A stretch of DNA of 62,932 bases, counting the filler, from Intoshia linei (taxonomy: Eukaryota > Animalia > Orthonectida), in assembly GCA_001642005.1 (NCBI GenBank). It is 6 parts of 6 records of this genome, joined end to end, with 100 filler letters (N's around TTAATTAATTAA, not from the genome) between each part and the next. Parts side by side here need not be neighbours in the genome. Positions count along the whole stretch, not along the records: positions 1 to 16,902 come from LWCA01000840.1; 5 more parts are not named here. The stretch is one strand, 5' to 3'. Shown here piece by piece: positions 1 through 13,680 of the stretch. Position 1 is the stretch's first letter. The number at the start of each line of letters is the position of its first letter. A program made the translations under genes and the position numbers. A model generated the notes under the pieces. That model searched no databases and had not been told where the DNA came from. It saw only the letters and a list, made by a program, of their open reading frames with translations.

Positions 1-651
1 GAAGTTTTAATTATAGTTATAAAAACGACATTACTTTGTGAATGACCTAATACAAGTTTTTTCAAATATGAATACATTATGAATGTATTATTAATTTTTA
101 TTATAAATAAATTTTTCAATTTTAATTTGAACAGAATATATTGGACCAAAATTGTTGGTGTTTGAACATATAAGTTAATCTATTTTAATTTTATTATAAG
201 ATTTGTAATGGTTTATTTAAAATGTTAAACGCACAGCGAATATGTATCGTTAGTTGTTTTTGATTATGTTATTCGAGTTTTTTTTAAAAATACACAGTTA
301 GTGCTATCGATCCATCAAATTCTAATATTTTAACAAAAATGTGACACCCTAATAGGCATGTATGTATTTTATTCCATATTTTTCTATAATCAATAAACGA
401 AATTAATTTGAGAGAATATGGGCTAATTATTATTAATATTTAAATTAATATTGGAATAAAGCTTATAATCATTTCTTTGTTAAAATATTTTTATGACTAT
501 TGATTACTGGGTTAATTAGAAATTATATATTGGTTTTATTAAATGAGGTCATATTACAATAAATTTAGCTATAACATTAACAGTATTATTTTTATTTTAT
601 ATTAAAACTCAACTCCGTATAATTTAAAAAATCAATATATATAATTACATA

Positions 652-1657
652 ATGATGAATGAAAGTTTGAAGAACTGTGAATCATCTCGTGAAAAATTAA
701 AATCCATTGTGTGTATGTTTAACACTAATAAAAATAATAACAATTTTAGATTTTAAAAATGTTAATGAATTAAATATTACCAGAAAGATTTTCCCTAGAA
801 ATGATATAAATTTAAATATATCAAAATTTAGACGAAAAATACTTTTACGAGTTTTTTTACCCGTCAAAAGTGCGAATATTCCAACAGTTAAAGAAAAAAG
901 AGAAACGCATTCGTGTCTAATATCCTTACAAAACGAACATAGACAAATTAGACCTTCAACATCATATTTATATAGAAAACATAGAATTAATTTAGACTTA
1001 AAAAAGTCAAAACCAATTTTCAGCAAGGATAGTCAAATCGATCATTATATTATTGATAAAAACAATTTTTCCCGAGAAAAATTTATGAACGAAGACGATA
1101 TTACAAGAAGATATGGTTCACGTCAAAATTTGTTACACAATTTAATGAAAAAAAAGCAAAAAAAATCAGATTTATCATATAACCCAAGACCAACGTCAGC
1201 CTATACGACGTCGTATAAAGGAATTATTACACCAAATTTACCAATTTCAAATAACATTTATGAACATTATGATGAAATTAAAACCAAAAAAAATTTAATA
1301 AAATCAAACGAGAAATCTTATTTTAAGTATTTTACAAATGTAAAAGACTTGGAAGAAAAAATTTATAAAGGAGAAATTGTTGCACCAAATCATATACAAT
1401 TGCACGGTAGTTCTAATCACTTCACTGGTATTACAAGTTTAGCAATTGCACAGGACAATAAATCTTTTAAAAACAAAATTCCCCAAAAAGTGAACCAATT
1501 CTCTTCAAAAATTGAATTTCAAAAAGAAATCCATAAAAAGTTATTATTAAAGAAACAGGCCAATTTCACATATTTACCATTTTGCAAAAAATTTCTTAAT
1601 CCACCTATTTATTGGCCTGATGGTTTTTCTTATCATGATATCAAGGGGATTTTTTAA
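652..1657 (+). CDS. Hypothetical basic protein (~322 aa), 2 exons (652-712, 750-1657)
   Basis: ATG at 652 opens MMNESLKNCESSREKLKSIV; a 37-nt GTATGT...TTTTAG intron (713-749) splices in frame into the long 707..1657 ORF. No family recognised. Confidence 0.6.
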
Positions 1658-2858
1658 ATGGATTTATATTAAATTTTTCAAATAAATCTTGATAATAATA
1701 AATATATCAATGTAAAATTCACATAAAATGCATAGTAAAATGTTTAATTAGATTATGAATTATCATAATTTTCAAAACTTTTTGTTATTATATACATGTA
1801 CAATAAGGTGTCTCAAAAAAAATGAAAAATTATATTTTTGAACATCCTTAGGTATAATAGTGATCAAGTATAAAAAAAATGATATTTCCAAAATATTAAT
1901 GCATTTCAACGAATATTGAAGATAGCCTGACCATTTAAATTTTTATATATTACAAAATTAAAACTGAACTTTATTTTAACGGAAATTGGCATTTGAGCTT
2001 TTAAACGTGATACCAACTTTATAATGTTGTTTTTCATGTTTAGTTATACTGTTTATTTTTTAAAATTTCTTTCTAGCTCAATTTTTTGGGATTTTATTAA
2101 CAATTTAATTTCTCGAATTCTGGCTATTTACATTATTTAAATATTATTCAAACAAAAAATATTATTATAATAAATGGAAGATAACTGATAAGAATGTATC
2201 AAATTCGATTGTAATTTATTATCTTACTAACAACTATCGTAATATAAATTTTTTTTAAATAAATCGTTAACTTGAAGTTAAAACCCTTTATATAACCTCC
2301 AAACTGTTAGTTTATCTATATAATGATTATATAAAAATATATTAATATAACAGTTCGGTATAGAATTTTTGAATTTCAAGCGTCTGATTTAAAAGTTATC
2401 AAATACTTTATTTTTGGATCAGTCATATAACTAGAATATATGAATTTATAGCCGAACTTACCGTACCGATACTCTCCTCGGATGGGACTCGACGAAAGTT
2501 TTTTAAAAGAGAGGCATAATTTTTAAGATGATAGGTAGATGACTTTTTTGAGGATGCTATTTTTTTATTTTCCGGGTTCCACCATGGTAGGTTAGGTTTT
2601 GCATGCCTTTAACTTAGTTTGCGCCAAAAAACTGAAATCACACCCTAATATATAGTACACTGCAGTGTATAATATAAAACAATTAAATCAATTATTTTCT
2701 TACCACTCTAAAAATATTAATACAATAGCAACTATACATTTTTTTATGTCTGCAAATATACTTTATTACAATATAAAACATGAAATCCTGAATGAAATCC
2801 AGACAACTCTTGGCAAATAAAAGTGAATAATTTAACTACTAATTTAAAGTAGATCTAG

Positions 2859-3554
2859 ATGTATGACTCAAATGTGAGCCTAGAAAAGGTTGAAAAAAGG
2901 TTAAATAGTTTCAAATATATTAAAAGACCGTTGATAATCGGGATATGTGGTGGTAGTTGTTCTGGAAAAACTACAATGGCTACAAAATTGACAAATAAAT
3001 TTGAAAATTGCAACATATCCGTTTGCCAAATACCATTGGACAATTTTTATTTTGATATATCCGATAAAGATAAGGAATTGGATAAAATTGGAGAATACAA
3101 TTGGGACACACCATTAGCTATAGACATACCAAATTATATTAAATGTATAGAAGACATAATATCTGGAAAGGAAATATCCATACCGGTTGTAGATGCTGAT
3201 AGTTATAGTCCATCAAAATATGTCAAAATAATTTTACCAAAACAAATTTTAATTATTGAAGGGTTTCTGATTTTCAGCAACGAGCGACTTTTAAATAATA
3301 TTGACATAAAAATTTATATGGAAAGTGATTGTAAAATTCGATATGAGCGTAGATTGGAACGAGATCAGATATATGCTAATTTTCTGGAGAAGAAAATCAA
3401 ACATTACTGGAAAAAATTTGCTCAGCCTTGCTTTTACCAGTATATTAAAGACACTAAGCAATATGCCGATATCATCATCAATTGCGAAATTTGTAATGAA
3501 ACATGGATGAACCAATTTTCCAACTTGATTCAAAAATTTTTGTTAAATTCATAA
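2859..3554 (+). CDS. Uridine/cytidine kinase family protein, intronless
   Basis: IIGICGGSCSGKTT Walker A; LDNFY catalytic Asp; YNWDTP (cf. YNFDHP); ILIIEG; IDIKIY; RRLERD; TKQYADIII. Confidence 0.9.
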   Translation: MYDSNVSLEKVEKRLNSFKYIKRPLIIGICGGSCSGKTTMATKLTNKFENCNISVCQIPLDNFYFDISDKDKELDKIGEYNWDTPLAIDIPNYIKCIEDIISGKEISIPVVDADSYSPSKYVKIILPKQILIIEGFLIFSNERLLNNIDIKIYMESDCKIRYERRLERDQIYANFLEKKIKHYWKKFAQPCFYQYIKDTKQYADIIINCEICNETWMNQFSNLIQKFLLNS

Positions 3555-4435
3555 CCTTAATTTAATTAAATTAAAATTAATTTATAACTGGTTTCAGTCT
3601 AATGAAGAGAGTCGTGTCCTGAGATTCCTTGGGTTTGAAGAAATTTTTTTAAAAGGGACATCCTTATTCATCTAAGGTTTTTTTATACTATGTATTTATA
3701 ATAAATTATGTTTTATACATGGACCATTTTTTATTCATTTGAATATACCACATTTTCACGAATTTAAAATTACGAAACAAACACATGCAACAACTTCCTT
3801 TGATAACTATTATTTGAATAAGTCATCTACCATGGTTCTTAAAATTAAAACTTTACGAAAACACTATTTCAGTTCAAGTTTTTCGCGGTCCCCTGTAGAA
3901 TCGTATAAATTACAGCTAGCACAAAAAACTAGAGTAATACCAAAAAGCAAAGAGGACTATTTCTGAGATTGAAAATTTTCAATTTTGGATAAAAAATTTA
4001 AGATTTTGTAAATTGAAAAGTTTTGGTTCATAAAATGCAAAAATAACTAATTAATATTAGTAGTTGAACGGCAAGGTCAAATTTAGATGTTGGAATTTTT
4101 TCTCTATCAAATGAAAAACCCGTCTTATAATTGTATTATGTAAAATGTGCTGTAGAACTTAATTATTGAGTATTTTTAACAATTTGTTGTAATTTTAAGA
4201 AATAATTTGCTAAATCTTGCATACTAAAAAGATAATTATACTTCTATACCCTGAAGATGCACATTTGTGATAAAACTCTTTCCATAAAAATCTCTATGAG
4301 AATTTGTGAAAGTCAGATAAGTACATCTTAAATAAAGATTTCGAGATTAAAACTCTAGCCACGTAGAATACGATTGTATGATTATAGCCACTCTGTCAAT
4401 TAGACACCATATATGTGTTTTATAAAAACTATATA

Positions 4436-4761
4436 CAGTCAATCTCGTTAATAATCAAAACCTCAATATTTAATTCTTTTAATAGTGAATGATCTTTTGT
4501 AAAATTGTGACTACATCTTTGTAAAGATTATGAAGTTCATTATTTTGTTCAAATTTATTATAATGAATTTAGAAAAAATTATTTTTAATTTTGATATTAT
4601 TGATTTTTTGACTAAATTTTTGTTTTTTCATCCAATTTTAAAACATTTTGAAGATAATTTTGGGTCCAAATTTTGATAGGGTTTTTATGGGAAGAGAAAT
4701 TTTTAATAGTGAATCTGTCAAAAATCTGACATTTAGGGTTCATTATTGACGAGTCTAACTG
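4436..4761. mobile_element. pogo/Tigger-like MITE
   Basis: Imperfect TIRs CAGTCAATCTCGTTAATAAT ... ATTATTGACGAGTCTAACTG, flanked by TA on both sides; no ORF. Confidence 0.65.
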
Positions 4762-5815
4762 TATAATCGAATCTCGAATTCGAGATTTGTATGATAGTGA
4801 TATATCGCTTACATGATATCAAAGGATTTCCGGATAGTTACTTGATGTAATTATATTTAGATTCCTATTAATAAAAATAAAATTTTCCGTGGGTCATGGT
4901 TCATACAGATCACTTTGAGATCCATGATCTAGTATATAATATTTTGATGTTTATCATAATTACATTTTTTTAAATATAATCTCAAATTTGTAGTAAAATG
5001 AGCTACCGTAAAACATGCATAAGATCAATATCACAATTAACTTAGAAAATTAATAATTTTACCTATTTTTTCTTGGTTTGCAGAGAAATGTTTATGTTTT
5101 GTAGAATCTACTTATAATGTATTATAATTTTGTATTCTACAATAAGTCAAAATATTAACAATATTACTAATGTTATTATTAATATTATCATATTATTACT
5201 AATGTAAGTAAGGTTATAGTTGAAATCTTGGTTTATTGTAATTTACTCTTACAACTTTCTAGAATTTAACACTTGTCCGAATTTCAAGGGAAGCGTGTAA
5301 GTAAAGATTAACTTTAGATAGATTAAAAAAAATACTAGAAAATACATCAGAAATTAATGCCAAAATTAGCTTTTACTGTTTAGTAATAATTTTGTTTTAG
5401 AATATGTGGTCTTAGTTGTAACGTTCATTGTGCCGTGAACTCAAATCTTTAATATAAATCTGTTATTAAAAACAAAATTTCTTTTTAATTTTTAATATAT
5501 AAAAATTTTCATATAAAACAAACAACAAAGATATCTCTTGTTAGATTCAATATAAATACAGTACAGTATTAGACAGAAATCATTCAATCATTGTAAATGG
5601 ATTAGATTAAAATTTATTCATTTTTGCAAAGCTTTAGTAACGAAGTTTAATTATGCTAAATGTATTCATAGTAATTGATAAAGTTTGTTCTAATTACTAA
5701 TATGCAGAAATATACAAATTTTCAGTAATGCTAGCTTGTAATATTTGATCGTCGATAAAAGTAGTATTTGCTTTAATAAAAAATTAGTTTTGCGTTTTAG
5801 ATTTCTACGTTAGAC

Positions 5816-6565
5816 ATGTCTTGCACTGCAGTAAAACGAATTTTAAATGATAGTGCGTCTACTTACACTTCAAGCAACAAAAAGAGCTACAATTCCGTAT
5901 TTTCCAATACAGAAATTGAATGCTCCGATCAATTTGCAAAGCGACCAAAAAATAGTTTGGATCATAAGGTGTCTAAATTTTCACATGATGCTCCAAATGT
6001 ATTGAAAAAAATGAAATGCTCCAACTTTGAAACTTTTAATACTAGCGTTGATGATAAGCTTGTTAGAAGAAGAAAGAAAAACCTTACAAACGGTATAAAT
6101 GCGTATAAATTTTCGTATTTTTAATTTTAATTTCTAGACCAAGCCATGTCTTTAATATTGAATGAAATCAAGAAAATGAGACATTGTGTCAGCCCATCAA
6201 CTTGCGCAAGGGAATCTGTTTCGCCTTCCAATTCCGACGGATCACACGAAGATGCATACAATCACATGTCGCCAGTTGGATATTCCTATAAGTCCTATAA
6301 AGTTGGAATTAAACAAGCGGCTATTTGTTGTAATAAAATTCTCGCAGAAAGAGAGAGCGAACTGAGACGCGAATATGACAATATTCTTTGCGAGAGACTG
6401 TCACGTATATTTAACAATGTTTCTATTGATTTATTATTTATTAGAACAACACAGCGCTTTTATACAGTTTACCAACGACCAAGTTAAACGAAAATATAAC
6501 AAAAATCCTCCCAGTTGTAAACGTTTTATTTCTTATTTACTTAATTATTTTTAGATGTTTCATAA
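5816..6565 (+). CDS. AKIRIN: Akirin, 4 exons (introns 6093-6137, 6405-6444, 6517-6554)
   Basis: N-terminal MSCTAVKR; spliced C-terminus KQAAICCNKILAERESELRREYDNILCERLSQQHSAFIQFTNDQVKRKYNKNPPSYVS* ends in the diagnostic akirin SYVS motif. Confidence 0.92.
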
Positions 6566-6765
6566 CTTATTTCAATAAAAACTCAATTTGTAAGTTATTT
6601 TATTTCATATTAATAAATTTTATATGAAATATTGTACAAATTAAATATACTTGTGTTGCAATAGTGTAATTGTTTGTATATTTTTATAGGATTACCCATT
6701 CATTATGTAATTTTCAAAAATAGAATTGAAACTATTTTAAAATTAGTTTATTTTATTTACGTATC

Positions 6766-9700
6766 ATGTGGAAGAGGTTATTATTTAATTTGAGAAATAT
6801 CGATATTATGTCTTCGCGTTCAATTGTAAGTGTTTTTACTTTTGCGTTAACAAATTTTCAGGCTGTATCTTCGGGGACCAAAATAGTTAAAGACAGTTTT
6901 GGAGAAATAGAGATTGCATCTCATTGTTTATATGGAGCAGTTACAGCACGTTCTTTGAAAAATTTTAAAATTGGTGATATCTCAGACAGAATGCCTGTAA
7001 TGCTCAATTAATGAATATACATTTCTAGATTAAATTAATTCACTCGTTAGCTCTAATTAAACAGGCTGCTGCCTGTGTTAACATTGAAACGGGGTTAGAC
7101 AAAGATATATCTGATGCTATATCGTTATCATGCGTAAAGATAAGAAGTGGAAAATTCGACGACCAGTTTCCATTGGTGGTGTGGCAGACAGGATCTGGAA
7201 CACAAACAAATATGAATGTGAACGAAGTTGTTGCAACACTGGCAAATCAGTATTTGGAAACTTGCAACATAAAGAAGAATATTCATCCAAATGATCACGT
7301 CAATAAATCTCAAGTATATTTAACTTACATTTTATTACTTTTCCCAGAGTTCAAATGACACTTTCCCTACTGCAATGAATATTTCTATTGTACTCGAAAT
7401 TCAAAATTCTTTATTACCAACCCTTACTTCCTTTTTAAATACTTTAACAATGAAAGTAAAAGAATTTTGGAATATTATCAAAATCGGCCGAACACATATG
7501 CAAGTAAGTTTGCAAATTATATATCTTTAATAGACAGGACGCTACTCCTTTGAGACTCGGCCAAGAATTTAGTTCATTTCAATCTCAGATAAAATCGTCA
7601 ATCAAACGTATATCTTTGAATATTGAAGAATTGAAACATCTGGCTATTGGTTAGATCAATTTATAAAAATTGATAATGTTTAGGTGGAACAGCCGTTGGT
7701 ACTGGCCTGAATACGTTTAGTGGTTATGATGTCAAAATCTGCGAGGAAATATCTAAACTAACTGGTTATTATTTTATGAAAAATTTACATAAAAATGTAA
7801 TACCTTTGGAAAAATTGTTTATGTATTCAATAATATGCAGGTACCGCGTCACGAATTTAAAATTATTTTGCTTCTTTGAGAACGTAGTTAATTTAAGCAG
7901 TGAGTTGGAAAAGTCTACATACACCCCCATTTTGGATGAAACGAGTATTATTAATAATGATTTAAATATATTTTTATTACTATAAGAATATGTAACAATT
8001 TTTAAAAAGTGGACTTCTATTTATAGAATTTGATTATATTAATTAACGATATTGTTATTAGTGTATTATTATTATTGTTAATTATAATACTGTTGCAAAA
8101 CTCTACATACACCTTCATGTTTGCGATTAACTCTATATTTTATCAGTAAAATTATTTAACAGTTAACATATATTTAGTTATATATATTTTGCAAAAATTA
8201 CCACATCTCTCCAATATTCGGATGATTTGAAGGCTAGGTTGTGGAATTTTACCTTAAAGGTAAAAGGTTTACTCTATGGAAATTACTCATTTAATTTAGT
8301 GCGACCATAATACGTTATTGGCACTGTGCCAATAACGTACTTTTAACGTACTAAATAAAGTTATGAATTTAAATTTTATATTACAAATTTTGTTATTTTT
8401 ATAACTTTTACTTATTTTTATGTATCTATAGTATATATATTAACATAAACCATTCAAATTCAATATTTATCACCATTCTACTTTGTTATTAATAAAACTC
8501 AAGTTAATTGGATCAAAATACAAAAATGTATCACNTATTAACATAAACCATTCAAATTCAATATTTATCACCATTTTACTTTGTTATTAATAAAACTCAA
8601 GTTAATTGGATCAAAATACAAAAATGTATCACAATTTATAACAAAATAAATTTAATCAACCAGATAAATCGAGATGAAATGTTCAATGAATTTGTTGCAG
8701 TTGATTTGTGTTTAAAACATTTTCCTACTATTTTCCTTGGAAGGATTTGTGTGATAATATCGATACTAATTCAAAAAATTATTCCAGTTTTATTATTTTC
8801 TAAATTGTTTAAATACATATGTAGAAAGAGTATTTAGTGTTACTAATAATTATTGGACAGAACATAAATTCAACCTAGCTTAAAAACATTAAAATCTGTC
8901 ATTTTACTTAGAGAAAATTCAAAGGAAAAATGTACTAATGTTTATAAAATTTACTAAAAAAAGCGGTGGACGAGGAAACCTGTAAATATGAACTAATTTC
9001 AAGTTTACTGACAGGAAATATAGGGAAAATGTTCAAATATATCATGTATGCTCTTATCAATCGATATAAATACAGAATTAGCGATTTATTTAAAGCTAAA
9101 CGTGGTCATATTAAATATGACAATGTATATGTAGAGCAGTGCTTTCCAACCCATTTTGATTGGCGACACACATTTTAATCTGAAAACTTTTTGCGACACA
9201 CCAATCTAAAAATATACTATTGATTCGTTGAAACGAAATTTTTTCTAATAATAATCTCAAAATAAATATAAAATTATTGCTTTACTATAGATTAAAAATA
9301 ATTATAAATATATATGTAATGTTATTAAAAAAAATGTATAAATTGAAAGAAGTGTGAATAAAAGTGAAAAAATACAAAAATAATGAGATAATTTCAAATA
9401 CATGTATAATATAAATGTTTATATCTAATAAATTACATATTAATGAGAGATTTTATGATTGTTTGGATTGAACATATTCTTTTAATATCGTTATATATAA
9501 CATAAAATCACATTTGTATAAACAAGATTTAAATTATTTTTTCATTATTTCAAAAATGTGCGTGAACGATGTGAAAAGGTGTATTTGATGTTTTATTGAT
9601 TTTTTCCCCACAGATAGCAACAAAAGATCCATCGCTCCAACAATACATTATATAGCTCAAATGAATGTCGATCTAGAGCAGATCGGTATTGCCCATACTA

Positions 9701-11171
9701 AATAATTAATCCATTTGTTACTGATATAACTCAAGCTGGCGTTAAATATCAAGAAAAATTGTTTGAATTACAAAAAAGATGAAATATTTTTTGTATTTTT
9801 CACAGAAGGTGGGTGCAAAAATGTGGCAAAGATGTTCAATGTCAAATTGATATATAAAATGTGAAACAAAACATAATTGTGTTTTTTTAACGTTCCCTTC
9901 AACATACACAGTAGAAGTTTCTTTTAGTTTATCTCTAAATACATTATACTCACTAAGAAGAAAAACCCATTAAATATTGCTAATCGAGCAAACCTGTGAT
10001 TAAATCAAGCCAATTTGAAATCCAATATAAAAAAACTGACATACTATGTAATTTAAACCCTAGAAAAGTTATCTGTTTAATTTTAAATTGTATTATTTAT
10101 ACATGGATATAATATCATTTTTTGTTCAGGGGCGTTAGCCTAATAAATGTTGAGTACCCCTGGTGTACATTGTAGACTTTTGTAACAATTTATTATTCTT
10201 AATATCATTTTCTGTGATATATAAAAATGATATGGATATTTTTCAAATTTTGAGACATTTTTTAGTATTTAAATATTTTAAATATATTTTTAGTTATTAC
10301 TCGAACAAAATTTTTTTAATTTAATCTGTATTACAATTACTTCAGCTAAAAGTTGGGTGTATGACATACACTGTATGTGACTCCTTTGAAATTATTTATA
10401 AAAACAATATATTTATATTATTTAGCCGTAAACTTTGTTCCTTCCGATAACAAATTTGAAGCTTTGTCTTGCAACGATTCTATTGTTCAGATGAGTGGAT
10501 GTTTGAATACTTTATCCGTTTCATTGATGAAAATTGCTAATGACATTCGTCTTTTGGGTAGCGGACCCAGGTGTGGAATTGGCGAAATATCTTTACCAGA
10601 GAATGAACCTGGAAGTAGCATTATGCCAGGTTTTTTAAATAAATACATGTTTGTAGTATATAATACTTATTAGGAAAGGTAAATCCAACTCAATGCGAAG
10701 CTTTAACAATGATTTGTGCGCAAATCATGGGTACTAAATTACATTTTAACGATATACTTATGTTAAGGCAATCATGTAGCAGTTTCAATTGGTGGATCGA
10801 CAGGACACTTTCAACTAAATGTATTTCGGCCCATGATTGCAAAAAACATTCTTAAATCTATACAATTACTAAACGACGGGATCAAATCATTCGATGAAAA
10901 CTGTGTTACTGGAATAAAAGCGAATCAAGTTAAAATTGAAAAGAATTTGAATGAATCTCTAATGCTGGTGACATCATTAAATGGAACAATAGGTTCCATT
11001 TATTATTAATATTTTACTTATAGTATAGGTTATGATAACGCTGCGAAAATAGCCAAACATGCTCACAAAAATGGTTTGACTCTGAAAGAATCAGCGTTGG
11101 AATTGAAGTTAATGGAATCTAGTCAATTTGATAAAATTGTGAAACCAGAAAAAATGCTTGGTGAATATTAG
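6766..11171 (+). CDS. FH: Fumarate hydratase class II, mitochondrial; multi-exon with one ~2.66-kb intron (7765-10425)
   Basis: [36 protein letters not shown]|[38 protein letters not shown]|[18 protein letters not shown]; ends KPEKMLGEY*; basic N-terminal transit-like peptide. Confidence 0.96.
9137..10030 (+). mobile_element. Decayed hAT (Charlie/Buster-type) element in the FH long intron
   Basis: TIR-like CAGTGCTTTCCAACC at 9137; near 9885-9980 a remnant reads [15 protein letters not shown]...[10 protein letters not shown], matching the hAT C-terminal dimerisation motif. Confidence 0.55.
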
Positions 11172-11559
11172 TTATTTACTGAAACGATTCAAGTGTTATA
11201 AACATTATAAATAAAATATCAGCCAAGTGTATAAAAATCACGTTTTTTGGGTGAATCGATTTACAAATAGTCGAATGCTCTATATTTTATATAAAATTTG
11301 TTAATAAATACGCTTATTATACACATATCAGAATTCTATTGTCTGTTTCGTTTCTATGTACCATTGCTTTACGATATGGACGAGTTATATATATTTAGTG
11401 TATTTTCTAGAACAGTTTCATTGTTTTGTATAGTTAGATAAATTTAAAAGTTTACAAATTTTTTCTGCAACAGAATAGAAAATAGACAATCATTTCAAAT
11501 ATTTTAATACTAAGGTTTGATTTTTAAATATATTTTTTATTTATTTCTAGAAAAAATAA

Positions 11560-11895
11560 ATGGGAGGCGATTGGACTGAAGGATTATTCGGATGTATTAA
11601 ACACCCAAAAGTTTGCATATTTACATGCTGCATTCCCTGCTATGTTGTAGGAAAGAACAGCGAAACATTAGGAGAAGATTGTGTAATGCATGGAGTTGCT
11701 TCTATGTGCATACCAATTCATCCAATATTGCGATACAGAATCCGCCAAGAAAAAGGAATCGAAGGAACAATGATCATGGACGGAGTTTTACACATGTTCC
11801 TTCCGTGGTGTGCTCTTGGCCAAGAAGCTGTAGAATGTGGATGGGCCAGTGGAGACGTGTCTCCAGGGGGCGATGGAAATATTGGCCGAAATTAA
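11560..11895 (+). CDS. PLAC8/cornifelin family Cys-rich protein
   Basis: WTEGLFGC, CIFTCCIPC, LRYRIRQEKGIEG, LPWCALGQE; probable small 5'UTR intron ending at 11550. Confidence 0.88.
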   Translation: MGGDWTEGLFGCIKHPKVCIFTCCIPCYVVGKNSETLGEDCVMHGVASMCIPIHPILRYRIRQEKGIEGTMIMDGVLHMFLPWCALGQEAVECGWASGDVSPGGDGNIGRN

Positions 11896-13389
11896 ATATA
11901 TAATAATCATTTATTAAATAAATGTAGTGATTTATTTGTATTTTCCTAAACTTGACTCGTAAATTAATAGAATAAATAATCTCCGTTCAAAGATTACTAT
12001 TGCATGTAAGTTAACTGAAATCATGAATTAATCGAAAACATTTTCTATTTTACAATAAGAATAAAAAACTAAATTGGTGATCTATCGTTTCACAATTAAA
12101 TTTACTTATTGTTGGAAAATTAATCGTTTTACTCAGTATAAATAATATTGATAAAAATAATATATAGAACTAAAAATAAATGTACCAGCCAACTTCAGTA
12201 AACCTATTAGTTTGCTTCAGTAAGTTAGTTTTTTTTATTCATTTTAAAATTGTAATAGATTATTTTGAAAATCATAATCAATAGAACTGCCAAGAAACTT
12301 TATTGAACATTTCAGTTTCAATGAATTTCAGAATCAAAATATATTTTTTTAAATTTCTCTATAGTCCGTGACTATTACCTTGTTTTGTTTAAGTATTTCC
12401 ACCCATATATGTCAAGGGTCGAATTGACTAGGACAGAATATTTTTATTTAGTTAGTATAAAGTTAAAGTTATCTATTTCGTACAAGGATGACGTTAAAAC
12501 CTACGAGTTGGGTTAATCATTTTATACAAAGTCAACTCAATTATTTCGCAAATCCATTTAGATTAAATCTACATTGGAAGGGGTGGGTTAAAAAATACCA
12601 TAAAACGATAAAACTAAATATATATGAAGCACGAAATACATTACAATTATATGTACATTTAAACTTGAGTTAGTAGTGAATCTTCATACAAATTATCGTA
12701 TAATATAATTATCGGATCAACTTGAATCATGATTTCTTATTCATGTGAAATGATAATAAAGTCACAATGTAATATTAAAAAAGAAAATGAATCCTATTTA
12801 AATTAAAAAACAGTTTATTATTGCCATTTACCCGTGATTGAATGTTTATTTGATACATTTAACTTAACTATTATGTAAAAATATATTTGTAATATATCAA
12901 TAAACAGTTCAATTGATGTATGTTTGTTTGAATATTATTTTAAAAAAAAAAAATTAGTTTTATAAAGATATAGTTTAATGACTATTGAACAAAATACAAT
13001 TGCATTATTGATTGTTGGTAATCGCAGTTATGTCTAAATATAGTTATGTACATTAAATAATTATTATAATAATAAAAAACATTACTGATTTGCTAAAAAT
13101 ATATTTAAATTAACGCTTCAACTCAAATATATCTTATTGTTATTTATATTTTAAATGTAAGTTTCATATGAAACCGTGTGTTTAAACCAAGGATTTTAAA
13201 TTGCAAAGAGAAATAAGATGAATGATTAGGGCAAAGATTATTTTCTTATATTATTTTAATTTTTAAAAAGTTATGTAGTTTAAATTAGAATCGATACTAT
13301 AAATATAAATTTTTTAAAAAATACAAATGTGACGAAGATAATAATGTTATTTTACGTGACGTAAATTATTTTAGCAGGTCCCATTATCC

Positions 13390-13680
13390 CAAGGGTCGAC
13401 AACCTTTTACATCTTATGGGCCACTTTTTTATACCAAAAAATTTTACCATTCTTGAAAATTCACACATGATCAATTTCAATTTTAGCTAAAGTGAAACGG
13501 TTCTAATATATTCAACAAAATAAAATTCGGGGCGATCTGAAAATTCAGTATTCAAATGATTATAATGAGCCAATTATAGTAGAAAATGTTTAAAACATGA
13601 AAAATTTAAAAATAAATAATTTACACAATTACTCTAAGACCACCAAAATTATTCTGTGGGCCTCTGGTTGCCGATCCCTG
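13390..13680. mobile_element. hAT-type MITE, family A (inverted relative of 27235-27521)
   Basis: Ends CAAGGGTCGACAACC ... GGTTGCCGATCCCTG; the interior (e.g. CAAATGATTATAATGAGCCAATTATAGTAGAAAATGTTTAAAAC) is the reverse complement of the 27.3-kb copy. Confidence 0.75.

Noticed and set aside
2450-2650. GC-richer island as a tRNA or ncRNA
   Set aside because: No cloverleaf or A/B boxes could be built; more likely a repeat end.
5761-5815. Splice acceptors just upstream of the akirin, PLAC8 and Rap start codons as trans-splice sites
   Set aside because: Each has a GT donor about 33-40 nt upstream, so ordinary 5'UTR cis-introns explain them.
8438-8632. 97-bp direct tandem duplication
   Set aside because: The two copies (one mismatch) abut a single N at 8535, typical of an unmerged scaffold overlap.
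11613-11903. 96-aa overlapping ORF in PLAC8
   Set aside because: Alternative frame of a relatively GC-rich exon with a non-ATG start and no motifs.
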